From the NCBI GenBank assembly GCA_030141605.1, contig JAQGDQ010000747.1, positions 38,683 to 102,682 on the forward strand: 64,000 nucleotides of DNA, in the 5' to 3' direction. The translations under genes were made by a program, and so were the position numbers. Below are positions 1 through 12,375 of this stretch, piece by piece. This DNA is from Tubiluchus corallicola. Taxonomy: Eukaryota > Animalia > Priapulida. Numbering within the stretch: the first letter of the stretch is position 1; each line of letters begins with the position of its first letter. Below the pieces are notes generated by a model. The model was not told the origin of the DNA. It did not search any database and saw nothing but the letters and a program-made list of their open reading frames with translations.

Positions 1-1128
1 AGATGGTTATCCTTGATAATGAGCCATAAACATCATGTTGAGTAGGCGCTCTGCCTTTGAATGCTGAATTTATCATTCTGCTTGCAATACGATCCAAGTG
101 AATAAAAATCTCGTACGAAAAAACATGCCAAGCAACTGATAAAGATGCTTTAGCCAGGTTCAGATGAGTATGCATCCTTTCTCAGCAAGAGAATTAGCAG
201 GGGCAATATGATGCATAGCTATTTTTGAACAATCTCCCATCTATATACCCAGCACCAGCTGATACTGGTTAACTTCGAAACCAAGCAGACACCATAACAC
301 TCAGTTATTTTCTTCCACAACTACAGTCGATGCTAAGAAGTATTAATGTTCAAGACTGATAAATGCACAAGCTTGCTAGCTCTCTGCCACAAAATTACTC
401 ATTTTTGTTTCTCATGGGTAAGTTACACATTATATAGTATTTCATGCAATATTTTAATTAATCAATACTTGTCCTAACAAATATTTGCAATTATGATAAG
501 CGACAGCAATTTTGAAAAACATGTGTTTCGTAAAACCTTTAGCTGCATTAAATTTAGCTGCAAACAGGATAGTTAACAAGTTCGAAATGCAAAAGCCAGC
601 AGTTGATTGTTTTTATCTCATGTGATTGGCTTGGCTTCCACTCTTATGTATCTACTCGTTTCCCTATCACTAATGCATGAAATACAGTCGCAATCCTTCA
701 GTTGATTGGGACTTTGCATACTTGCCTCCACAGTTGCAAGCAGCTTTATACAACCAGTTAAAGGACAGATAGCGAACAGAAAGTTATGCTGTTGTCCTGG
801 TCTGCCACTAGGTCTTATAGGTGGTTAAATCGTCTAGAAGCTTGCATTTGATCACTGATATATTTGCCGTGCCAGGAGAAAGGTGAAGAAGGGAGCCAAT
901 GAATGGTCACCGAAAGAACTATAATTATAATTGTTATCTCGCACTTTCAATTAGAGCAGAATGAGTTGAAGTGGCCAAGAGCCTGTTGTCATCTCATCAT
1001 TGGTTGACATAATATAACGTAACTCCCTATAGAAGACTCTGCCCTAAAAAAGCAGCAGCAGATTGTCAAGAAGCCATAATGCATGTAACAAGAGCACACA
1101 GCAGCACAAGCCCAGGTAATAGCATTTC

Positions 1129-1500
1129 TCGCCCTGCACTTCTATTTTAGAAATTTCAGTTCAATTATTCAAGTTGTCTCATATCTCTCCACATCGATAT
1201 GCTACACTCAAGAATGTACTTGAAAGAACTCAGGATCGATGTATTTCTCTTGTTGTTGACTTGGATTCCACTTCAAGCAGAAGCATGAGATTATAGACCT
1301 TGTGAGAGCTCTACTTCAAAATAAGTAGCAGAAATATTATTTTGACAGACATTTTTCCATGCCTCACAGAGTTCTTCATGGTCAGATCTCACTCATTTGG
1401 GGATCTTGTAATTCAGCTATGGAATCGTCTTCCATCATCAGCCATCAGTTCTTTTCAATCGACAGTTTCAAAATGCATTTGAGAGAGGACCACTTACAGA
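1129..1500 (+). mobile_element. Degenerate 3' fragment of a CR1/L2-group LINE (RT C-terminus)
   Basis: Broken frames read LERTQDR ... RSHSFGDLVIQLWNRLPSSAISS / IDSFKMHL, matching the typical CR1/L2 terminal motif (F..RV...WN.LP......SFK..L). Boundaries approximate. Confidence 0.6.
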
Positions 1501-1749
1501 TAGTTATAATCTAGGTCCTTATTTCTTTGGATACGATATTCTTGGAAAAGGATAAGATATAATTTTACATGTGGATACACTCAATGTTTTCACATTGTTG
1601 AATATTCCAGAATGTTTTGTAGTGTTCCTGAATAGGTCTTACCTACCTACTGTAAGATAAATTGGCTTAAGATGTTTCGGCAAAGTAAAAACTTCTAGCC
1701 AAATCTTGCGAAAATATCAGATGCGAAATCCTCGATAGTAGATCAGATC

Positions 1750-2205
1750 TCTCGAAGCCCAGTGCTTATCGAGCCTATTTTTAAATGTACTTATATTGGG
1801 TGCAGATATCATTTGTCAGACTATTGCAGGTGTTAATGATCCTGCTTAAAAACTGTGAGGACAATCCGATTAATTTGCTCTACTCTTATATAACTGCAGA
1901 TGATGTCCTTTTGTTGAACTTCTAGCAACCTCTGCCCTGAGATGTAGTTTGGGGCTAACAGTAGTGTCATACTTTTGGTGCAGGATATTATACGTTTCTA
2001 TAATGTCTACTCCAATCCGTCTGTAAGCTAGTGCAGGTAGTTTTAGCTGCTTGAATCTCTCTTTATATGGTAATCCTTTTAAATCGGTCAGGGTTCTTGT
2101 GGCGTACCTCTGAACTTGTTCAATGCTATCGATTAAGCTAATCATAACAGCATACCAAACCGAGCTACAGAATTCAAGATGTAGCCTGACCGGCGCCTTG
2201 TATAA
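1750..2205 (-). mobile_element. CR1-type LINE 3' fragment (5'-truncated, decayed)
   Basis: Minus strand reads LYKAPVRLHLEFCSSVW...IEQVQRYATR...LPYKERFKQLKLPALAYRR..DIIETYNIL...TKGHHLQL...STFKNRLDKHW, the canonical CR1 ORF2 C-terminus. Contains in-frame stops. Confidence 0.85.
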
Positions 2206-4224
2206 CCAAACATGGGTATTCGTTTGTCTATGTTTAACCTGTCATAGATACGTTTGTCGCCTCACCAAACAAGGTACCAAACTTTTACTTACATTTCCAA
2301 TTTTTATATACGTGGATGACGCCATGGTTGTGCAAATAAAGCCGTTTGTGAAAAAACGCACTATTCATTGTGCATGCCATAGCTTGCAGACCATAGATAT
2401 AGAACCAAGTGCTTTGCTATTTTCAATTATTTTGGTATTATCGTGTATTTTAGATCATTACTGGTATTTACTGCGCATCAAGTCTAGTTAACAGGCACCT
2501 ATCCAAAACAAATGAACGCACTGATAAACGCTTAACAAGTTACATGGCTTGTCTTTTTGTACCCAACACGAAAACTTGTAATCTTTTAAACTATAACCTA
2601 TAAACAATTAAACATTAATACCTTATGGTGTTGAATCCGTGAAAATATCGTTGCTAAAACTGCCAAACAGCTATTAAGTTTAAAAATGCATAGGTAGAGA
2701 TACATTTTCACACAATTTCTAACTACATAACATTGATAGTACAATGAATTTCATTGCCTTGGTCTCTTGCAACAGTCATAAAACTAGCTGGTACGCATTA
2801 GACCAGACATGGCTGTGTGTGGATAATAGCTAAATCTTACTGTGTGTTTCCACTACAGTTATTTATAGTATTAACTGCCAGTGAGCGATGTTCACACACA
2901 ATGTGGGACAAGTAGTCTGTCCTCAGAACCACAGTAAACGACATGCCTAAAAAATGCTATAAGAGTGGTTAAACTGGTTATGCTCAGTGCTTAGGTGACC
3001 GTGTGTACTATTACTAATGGTAATAATATTATAGTTAATCAGCCATGAAAAAACCAGACAATACCATAGATCACTGAGTTCTTATAATAACTTGTGCAAT
3101 AGACAACCATTAATTAGTATAACATTCAGATATTAAAGATCCCCATAAAAATATCATCATAAACATTTGACCAGTGCCTCACATATGCATTCACAGCGAT
3201 TTCACAATCGGCTTAGGAAATGACAGCTTGCGTTCATTATGCTTGCCTATTGCAAAGAAAAGAATCAATTTGCAAAATTGCAAGTAAAGAATGTGAAATT
3301 CACTTTGCTAAAGTAAGTTCACTCTATGAGCTCTACTATTATTATTTAGCGTAAAATTTGTCGAGCTACAAAATTACATCATTATCCAACTTTGTGCCAA
3401 ATTTTACAACGTAATGTCTCAAAAGCAATAAATTCTTCAATGTCTGGCTTAGACAAAATTTGCCAGCATTCATATCCTACAGTTTCACTACAAAAAGACA
3501 TAGAATCTAATATTAAAACGCTGTAGAGAGAAATATTTTAAAGAAATTGTAACTTATAATGGCAAATTTGTTATTGTTCTCTAGACACTAAAGCAATAAA
3601 TGCATGGTAAAATAATGTTGTTTTTTACAGCTCGTTACCTTGTGTTATTACATTTTGTTATCTTGCATGGGGTTGACTTAATTTGAATTTGCGCATGCAA
3701 TACATATGCTTTTCTTTAATATAATTATCATTATCTTTCTAAATTTATTATTGCAATTATTTGCAGAAGATATTAGCAATCATTCCTTAAAATTACTTTG
3801 CTTACAAGTCACGTTCGTTTATCCGTGTCTTCTTAATACAAATAAATAAATAGCTCCAAATGCGGCCAGATGTTATAGACTCATCGTAGTATGCACTCAA
3901 TGTACCTAAGTGTTATTAGTTCAGATCTTCCGTAAATGCTATAAGTTCAGATCTTCCATTTATAATAAAAACATTACATTAGATGATCGGGGGTTGACTC
4001 AAAATCAGATCCAACCAAGTTGCAGAGTTTGCTCAAAATCAGATCCAACCAGTTTACTGGACAAGCAACTACACTTTTGCAATCTGTCAAGTGGGCTAAG
4101 GTGACTACTACATGTAGTAAGTTCACTGAATCAATACAGCATTTTAACCATATAGCATCAGACAGTCAATTTGCACAATGCGTAAGTACGTAAACACATG
4201 AAGACAAGACATGAATGCTAAGTT

Positions 4225-4750
4225 AGAAAGTCTGAAAAATGTTGCTTCTCCACTGGGACTCCAACCTAAGAACCTCTGTTTCCTTGACAGCTATACGAAC
4301 CATGTGCACCATATGCAGAGATATTCAATTTTTTCAATCTCAGAAGTTTATCTACCTACTACAAGCCACAAGAATTCTAGCAACAGAGAATCACAGTACA
4401 CACATCAAAACGAGGTATGAATTCAACTATATAAATGCATGATATTATAATAAATTGAAAACTTTGATATGAGAAACATTGCTCTGTGGCCGCTGTGACT
4501 TGAACTCAAGACGTTCTTCTTTTTGGGCTGTTGTGCTAATCACTATACCTCAGAGGTACTCTGACTTTTCAGACATAGGTAGTCTATCAATGGAAATCAC
4601 ATTCTACACTGTGTCAAATGAAGCAGCATAAAATCTATATAAATGTACAAAGCAAATTAGAAAATTAGAAGAATTTGCATCTCCATTGGCACTCGAACAC
4701 AAGACCTTCTGCTTTCCAAGCAGATATACTAACCATTACAGTGTAACCAC
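4225..4750 (-). repeat. Three diverged tRNA-like (SINE-head-like) units in tandem, period about 200-240 bp
   Basis: Minus-strand units at ~4243-4312, ~4481-4558 and ~4677-4745. Each has an A-box-like motif (e.g. GTAATGGTTAG, GTATAGTGATTAG) and a B-box-like motif (GTTCGAGT, GTTCAAGTC, GTTGGAGTCC). The third unit keeps a perfect TCTGC-TTGGAAA-GCAGA anticodon-type arm. No intact acceptor stems. Confidence 0.55.
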
Positions 4751-5219
4751 AGTTTGTGCAATGTGCCTCTTATATTATGTGTGACAGATCCAGAGTTGAA
4801 TAACTTGATATTCAGTAATCCCATAATTGGAACTCAAAACTTGATGCATTATTGTTTGTTTTAGAGATATAGTAAAAGAGGTGAACATTTCTATTTCAAT
4901 TTGCATTTTATTGTGTGACAATTATGTAACAGCGTTGCCAAATTGTAGAACTGCCTCACACCAAGAGGCCCTATGTAAATAAATGATAGTCGAAATAGTG
5001 GCTTTATTATAATTATTAGCTTTTATGCAGTTTCCCGTGTTGCTAGCAGCGCCGCTTGATGAATACATGCTTATTTGTAGAAAAAAGTTGGAGTTAATCT
5101 AGCTGCGTGATCCGTACGTTTAGCAGTTATTGCCGTGTGAAAAATATTTGGACAATTCTACAAATAACGATATTTTTAACGCCGTGCTTTCTTGCAAAAT
5201 TCTGTTTTTGTTTTGGAAG

Positions 5220-5385
5220 ATGTCTTCAAGTGTAGCATCTGTTCCTCTAGATAAAGCTACGAAATATGACCGTCAGCTTCGTTTATGGGGTGATCATGGA
5301 CAGGCACATCTTGAGGTAGCCAAAGTGTGCTTGGTGAACGCTACTGCAACAGGGACCGAAATACTGAAGAATTTAATATTGCCTG
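5220..5385 (+). CDS. NAE1: NEDD8-activating enzyme E1 regulatory subunit, exon 1 of 3 (join 5220-5385, 7407-7510, 8877-10211 = 534 aa)
   Basis: [56 protein letters not shown] is the conserved NAE1/APPBP1 N-terminus. Donor G|gtaagc, phase 1. Confidence 0.95.
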
Positions 5386-5425
5386 GTAAGCAAAATTTTG
5401 TTACAGTAGTGTAATAACTTAAAAA

Positions 5426-7126
5426 AGGTCCGGTGACACCCTGGTAGACACTTGCTGTCAAAATTCACTATTGACTAGCGTGATACAAAAAGGGGTATTT
5501 ATTTCTTTATAAACTTGCATGTCTCGCTTTGGTTAGCATTGAAACACCTCAAATTTAGCGCCGCACATGCATATTGCAAAAAACGAAAAATCGGGTAAGA
5601 AAGCGGAAGTGACGTCCTGTAAAGAACGACACTGCGCATGTGTGGCTCTCAATGTATTTACGTATAAGCAAAGTCAAACAGTAATGCAGAGACTGGGGTA
5701 CTCACTGAAGCATTTTTAAGACTGAGCTCAAATCATAGCTTTGTATTACACTTACTTGAATACACTCTATTTTATAGATATAAAAAATTTAGTAACCAGG
5801 TACAACATGTACAAACAAGTTTTGGCGTGACATCATTGGTATTTCGCGCTGGGCTGCTTTCTTGCTGCAGTTAATTTTCTGTTTTCTGATCATTTCTGCT
5901 TTATACATGTCTCACTGCCAAGTTATCTTTTGCCCGATGTGCCCTTCAGACAATGTTTCTGGCAAAGAGTAATCGTTTTTACGTTTTCAAGCATATAAAA
6001 TTGTAAAAATATCAGTGGATTCTTAGGTACGATTGTCGAGAAAAGAACTAAACAGTAAGGCAGTAATGACAGATTTTGTTCCCTGGGCTGTATCGACATT
6101 TTGAGCTGTGCAGACCGGGTACACCGTGTGACACTTTTCAAGGTTCAAAAGTAACAGCTGTTCATTTTTAGACACTTAGGAAAACCTTTGTGGCACTTTT
6201 TCGAATGTGTAAGTGAAGTTTCAGAGAAGAAAAGCTTTAAATCTTTAAGTCAGAAATATTCTCATAGTCTACAGTTTGACTCCTGATTGACGTGCATATA
6301 AGTTTTTTGCAGCTGAGTACCTTTATTCTACATGTAGCTGCCCAGATTTTATCTTTTGCCATGTTAGCAGGATAGATGGGCGATTCTATTTGTGGCAAAG
6401 GGAAAAGCGTTCTATCACAACAGTCGCCTTTTGTGTGATTTTTACGTTTAAAGTAACATGCAAAAAATCCGGGGAAATATTTCAAAATGTGAAGAAAGGG
6501 AGGTTACCATTAGAATCGGGAGTTTCCGTTAAATTGGCTGAGTTGAAATGTCTTACTGCTAACCTAGATTAAATATAGTTTTCATGAAATTTAGCTAGAA
6601 AGATTAATTATTACTTTACTTACTGTGCATCTAACCCAAAATAGTGGCTAGCAGCATGATTTAATTTGCGGGAGTACTCAACACACCTATTGTTCATACA
6701 TGCTACATACAGTTTAAGTAATAGTATAGTAACATCGTGCTGCTCTGTATGCTGTGCTTGTTACTGTAAATTTGCTGTTCCTTGCAGGTTTGTAAATTGA
6801 AGACTGATTCTTAGTTTATTTCCTATAAATAGATAAAATACTGAAAGAAACATTTTTATTAATAGATAAATAATTACTCAGCAATAACCACTTTTCACAG
6901 TGCTCTGCTTGCTGAGGCCGCTGGTTGTCTACTGTACTGTGCCTATGCCTATTATGTATAGCAATGAGTGTCATAGAGGGCGATCGTATTTGTTGCAGCA
7001 CCAACTGTGCTTAATTTAAGTTACCATATCACATAAAAGTATGCCATCAGAATTGTTTTAAAAATTAGGAAATGTATAATTCTGCCTACATTATAAAATA
7101 GCATGAAAAATAGTGTCATAGGACCT
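5426..7126. mobile_element. Non-autonomous Kolobok-like DNA transposon in NAE1 intron 1
   Basis: Imperfect TIRs AGGTCCGGTGACAC (5426) and GTGTCATAGGACCT (ends 7126). TTAA follows the right end directly, and TTAAAAA precedes the left end. TTAA-flanked AGG termini are typical of Kolobok. No intact transposase. Confidence 0.6.
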
Positions 7127-7406
7127 TTAAAATTTCCAGTCCAACAAATTTTATTTGTTGTTAGCTTTTGGGCAAGCTGTGCACATATTCGTTTTCAATT
7201 ATAATTCCCTCTCTATGCTTTTTGTTTACTTCCCCTCATCCAACTTGAAAATTAGTTCTTGAACTGTTTTTTTACTGTAGATTACCGCATGTCGACAAGA
7301 CGAAGTCTACAGGCTGTATGTATGCTTTTTGCCCATAGCCTTTTCTCTTGTTAAGCCTTTGTAGTCAGTACAAGCTGGCTAACTGTCTATTTTTTATGTA
7401 TTACAG

Positions 7407-7510
7407 GTGTTGGAGCATTTACCATTGTCGATGGGCATAAAGTTGAAGGTGAAGATGTGGGAAATAACTTTTTTCTAGATAGCACTAGCATAGGAAAAAG
7501 CAGAGCACAG
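7407..7510 (+). CDS. NAE1: NAE1 exon 2 (missing from ORF track; ends at a GC donor)
   Basis: ttacag|GT acceptor, then (G)[34 protein letters not shown], then CAG|gcatgt. Phase 0 joins to VAAELLLELNPDV. Confidence 0.92.
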
Positions 7511-8876
7511 GCATGTATATATTTGTGGCGATGCCCTGTCACTTCGCCCAAGTTTCAGTCTAATTATCTATAATTTACTTGTATAATCGAAAATCGTAAA
7601 ACAGTAAAAACTTGTCACAAAAATTTGCATATTGATATCTTCTGTATTACACAAACAAAGACGCTAATGAAACTTTTTACAACACTAGTAATCTAAACAA
7701 CATGTCCGCTCTTGTACCACTCGTCTTCTGCAGACTCGTGCGCGCCGAACAATCACTGGTCACGTGGTCATTCTGATTGCGTCAGCACAATATTGTCATA
7801 TCTGATGAACCTCCATTCGGAAGATTTCTGACTAACTTTTCAAAAGTTTTTGCCTTTTTGTTTGAAGTGTACTGTGCTGTTATAGCATTTAGTTGCATTA
7901 ACATGCATTAGTATTAATTAACATTAATTATTAATATTCTGTAACCCTGATGTAGTTTATGTTTGTTTCTATAGCTAGATTAATTATTAACGTTCGTGCA
8001 AAAGCTTTTCTGTATTTCTTTTTTTTGTTTATGTGTTTTTAGTTGTAGTTTATACTTGTTCACGCAGATAAATTAATCATTAACATTAGTGCTTCATGGT
8101 CATAATGACTTTACAATTTCTTGTAGCTATGTGTTTATTTCCATCATTTTTTAATTATTGTTCCGAGCCTTTGATTTTCTGTTTTCTGACCAAATTTCAT
8201 TTCAATTCAGCTTAACAGAAATTAGAGGCTACATGGCCCCTATCACTAATATTTATCATCAACTTATGTAACATGTAATAGATTGTAAATAACAAAATAA
8301 ATTCTTATACATGTATGAATTAAATACGTAGTCTATCAGGGATTTGTGTTTGTCTTTACATAACTTAAGAATGCCAAGATAAGAACAAAATCTATGTTAT
8401 GCGCACAAAATTTACAGAACACTATCTTGTCGTCTTTGTAAAAATCATCGGAAATTACTTGGCTCTTTGTTACCTGTCATATGTACAACTGGTGCAGAAC
8501 ACTAAAGTGAAGTAAGTTTCGTCTCTAGTACACATTTAATTTACAGAAAAGTCAAAAATCAGGCCAGTTCCATTTTGGTAGCTATTTCCGTTTTGTATGC
8601 TCATTCTGTAAATTGAATCCATTTTTCATGATTACGGAAAATTGGAAGCCCTCAATGTCCTGTGTCCTGTTTCCAGTGAAATTCTAATACAAAAGTAAAT
8701 TCAGCAGCCATTACACTGTGACTACTGAAATAAGGCAAAGTGCATCTTGCATAGTGAAGGAACCTGGTACCAATTATGATAAACTACCTTACTTAGATGG
8801 TAAGAGAAAAAATATCACTTTGATGTGCTAGGTGTAACATGATTAGATATAAATGAAATTAATTAATTTTTTTCAG

Positions 8877-10211
8877 GTGGCAGCTGAGTTGTTGCTGGAA
8901 CTAAATCCAGACGTACGGGGCGATTACATTGACGAAAGTCCTGAACAGATACTTGATAACAACACTTCTTATTTTAATAATTTTTCCATTGTTATTGCTA
9001 CAAATCTTCCTGAGAAAACCTTGATACGTTTAGCTGCTGTGCTTTGGGATGCAGAAGTTCCACTGTTGCTTTGTATTAGCTATGGATTTATTGGTTACAT
9101 GAGACTCGTAATTAAGGAACATGTTATAGTTGAATCACATCCTGATAACGCATTCGATGATCTGAGACTTGATCGGCCATTTCCTTTGCTTGTTGACTTT
9201 GTAAACTCTCAAAACCTAGATACCATGTCTAAGAAGGATCATTCTCACACACCGTATCTGGTTATTTTAATGAAGTACATTGACAAATGGCAGGCCAATT
9301 TTAACAGCACTTGGCCAAAATCTTACAGCGAAAAGAATGAATTAAAACGTTTAATTCGTGAAGGTGTAATTGAGAATGAGGATGGCTATAAAGAAGAGGA
9401 GAATTTTGAGGAGGCACTGCGGGCTGTAAATACTGCGCTAATTCCCACCAAAATTCCAGACATGATTAAGACTATCTTTAAGGACCAGGCATGCATGCAG
9501 CTCACATCTGAATCAAAACCATTCTGGATAATGGCAAGAGCTGTGCGAGACTTTGTAGAGGTTAACGAATTGCTGCCATTACGTGGCTCAATTCCAGACA
9601 TGACTGCTGATTCAGAAAGGTACATTCAATTGCAAAATTTGTACAGGGACCAAGCCAACAAAGACATTGACGCCATAATGGTACGGGTTTACCAGTTGCT
9701 GCAATCACTCGGAAAACCTTCAAAGTATGTCACTGAGCAGGATATAAAAGTCTTTTGTAGAAATGCTGCTTTTCTTAACGTGATACGGTGTAGGTCTATC
9801 GAACAGGAGTACAATCCAGAAAAAGCAAGGACCTCAGAAATTGCTTCACACTTAGATGATCCAGAGAGTGAAATGATCTGGTATGTTCTTCTACGATCGG
9901 TTCAGCGATTCCATACCGAATTTAATCGTTATCCTGGCTATTATGACGATGAAATAGAGCCAGACATTGTGACTTTGAAGTCTTGTACTTGTAAGATATT
10001 ACAAGAATGGGGACTGGGACCCATAATTAAAGACGACTTTATTCATGAGATATGCCGATCCGGTGCCGCTGAGTTGCACACAGTAGCAGCTTTTATAGGA
10101 GGTGCAGGCGCTCAAGAAGCCATCAAGATAATAACCAAACAGTTTGTGCCTTTCAATAATACTTTCATTTATAATGCAATGACTCAGACATCAGCTACAT
10201 TTGAACTATAG
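8877..10211 (+). CDS. NAE1: NAE1 exon 3
   Basis: tttttcag|GTG acceptor. Motifs include ESHPDN..DLRLDRPF, HSHTPY, EENFEEA, LPLRGSIPDMTADS, ELHTVAAFIGG..AQEAIKIITKQFVP. Stop TAG at 10211. Confidence 0.97.
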   Translation: MAAELLLELNPDVRGDYIDESPEQILDNNTSYFNNFSIVIATNLPEKTLIRLAAVLWDAEVPLLLCISYGFIGYMRLVIKEHVIVESHPDNAFDDLRLDRPFPLLVDFVNSQNLDTMSKKDHSHTPYLVILMKYIDKWQANFNSTWPKSYSEKNELKRLIREGVIENEDGYKEEENFEEALRAVNTALIPTKIPDMIKTIFKDQACMQLTSESKPFWIMARAVRDFVEVNELLPLRGSIPDMTADSERYIQLQNLYRDQANKDIDAIMVRVYQLLQSLGKPSKYVTEQDIKVFCRNAAFLNVIRCRSIEQEYNPEKARTSEIASHLDDPESEMIWYVLLRSVQRFHTEFNRYPGYYDDEIEPDIVTLKSCTCKILQEWGLGPIIKDDFIHEICRSGAAELHTVAAFIGGAGAQEAIKIITKQFVPFNNTFIYNAMTQTSATFEL

Positions 10212-11589
10212 AAGTTGGGCTTTGTGAGATTAGTAGTCGAATCAATTGTTTTGTCGTAAGATGCAGTGTTCTAAGATGAGTATGTGCTGCATCTTACATT
10301 GTTAGTAGGCCCTATGGTGTGACAAGAACCTGATAAGACAATAATTGCATGTACTTGTAATGACATTAATTATTGTTCCATTAGTAGCGTAGTAGTAAAC
10401 ATCAACAGGTGATGCCTTCGAGCTCTTTCTGACCAATCCCTAATAAAAGATGAAGTGTGTTGTCTTTTCACACAGTGTTAGTATTAAATTATTTATAAAG
10501 TTGAGGCACATGTAATTTAGGAATATAAGAACAACAATATTATTATAATGTAATAAATTTGTAAAGTCCATGGGGGGATTTTAGTGGGTTTTGTAAGTGC
10601 ATTTTGAACTATTGATGAAATGTGACATTTTTCCTCAAAATTAAGACCTGTTTGTTTTACTCCAAAAAGGCTTAGGTGATTGGCTGACCTTTAACAGAAA
10701 AGTTTGTTGCATAAGGTCAATACCTGTAAATACTTAAATACCTTGAGGAAACATAGTAACTTAAGTAAGACATGGCAGTGCATAACGAACAGCATAATGC
10801 ATTATCTACTCAGATCGAAGTATAACTTTGTGGGATATGTATGTTAATCTAGAACCTATATTCTAGAATAGCCATTTCCTAATAAGATCATACTTTCGTT
10901 CACTAACTGTGTAAATATTAATACTGTAAATCAAATTACCTTGTGTGTTATGGTACATAAATCAAATTTGTTATATGTCATATCTTCTTAGAAATGTCTT
11001 TTATTGAATTGGAAAGAAATGCAAGCGGGTTTTTCAGGTCCATAACAAGTACAATTTATGTAAGGTTTTGTTGTGAATACTACAGTTTTTCATTAATTAT
11101 TTAGCTGTGCAACATTTCCATGGTACATTATGCTTTAAGTGTAGTAACCTAAATCATCATAGTATATATATTTCTGTAATTTTTTTGTCTTAATAAAGAT
11201 TATGATGATGGATCATTTGGTTTGTAGACTCACGAAAGAGCCATGAATTTGTACACTTAGGGTTGGATCCCAAAACAGATTTCCTCAGTAAAGTTATTCA
11301 GGTCATTAGTGCCTGTATTCAAGTATGCATTGCTATGCTTTTTCTTAGTAGAGGAACAATCTTGATGTTCTGTAACACTTTTGCTAGAACAAAGGTTTGA
11401 AAGCTATGTGCTGAAAGTTTTACCTCAATGCGATTCGTACAGCATTAATTAATTTTAAAGTTGTGCTTTTTCATTGATTCTAGAAAAGTACAATGATAAT
11501 AAAATACGAGCATACATTTTTTGGCACGGTTGTGAATGCATAATTGAACATGAAGGCTAATCTCAGGCTGAAGATGAATTATAATATCT

Positions 11590-12375
11590 AAAGATAAATT
11601 TTGAAGGTATATTATAATCATTGGTGAGTTTTCGTCAATTGTTCATTTCACAAAAATAAAATATTTTATACATAAGATAGTAATTGTGTGAGACAAGAAT
11701 TACTCATAAATAGATGCTAAAAACTATTTCATTCTCTGTGAGGGGTGCCAATGTACTAACACCAGACGACAGAGGAACAGTCTTAATGTTCCTTAACATT
11801 TTCGCTAGAATAAAGATTTGAAGCTGTTTTGAATTGCCCAAGGGGCACTAAAATAATCTAGCTTATATTTTTGGTAAATTTGACCATTGACTGTAAGTGC
11901 ATAGACCTTATCAAATTTGCAGTCAGACTGACCTAACAAAAGGCCAAAGATAGGTCTATATTTTTTTTATTCAGGGTGGCATTTCGAGTAATTTGATTTC
12001 CACTTTATTAGGATTCGTGCATTTTGAAATTCGGCCCCCATTGGCGCCCTTTTGCCCACTACAAAAATTGCTGACATTTTGAAGAGGGTGGCTCGGTCCA
12101 GACTAGATTTTTAGTACCCCTCGGGCAATTCAAAATCGCTTTCAAATCTTTGTGCTAGCGAAAGTGTTATGGAACGTTAAGACTGTTCCTCTACTATCTA
12201 GTGTTAGTACACTGGCACCCCTCACAGAGAGTGAAATAGCTTTTTTAACATCCATTTATGAGTAATCCTTGTCCCACATAACTAGTATCTTATGTATAAA
12301 ATATTTTGTTATTGTGAAATAAACAATTGACAAAAATTTACCAGTGATTATAATATACCTTCAAAATTTATCTTT
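11590..12375. repeat. Long inverted repeat (two ~270 bp arms, ~240 bp spacer); MITE/foldback-like
   Basis: Arm 11590-11860 (aaagataaattttgaaggtatattataatca...gaattgcccaaggggcactaaaataatctag) is a close but imperfect reverse complement of 12103-12375. A third partial copy lies at ~11348-11405. Confidence 0.85.

Noticed and set aside
7524-8233. TG...CA-bounded segment in NAE1 intron 2, a possible solo LTR
   Set aside because: No target-site duplication and only a short imperfect terminal match.
8853-8876. ORF-track start MKLINFFQ for NAE1
   Set aside because: Intronic polypyrimidine tract; the exon starts at 8877.
9386-9625. Antisense ORFs overlapping NAE1 (and similar ones over CFAP65, OSGEP and the LINE)
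   Set aside because: Shadow ORFs of real coding strands with no independent support.
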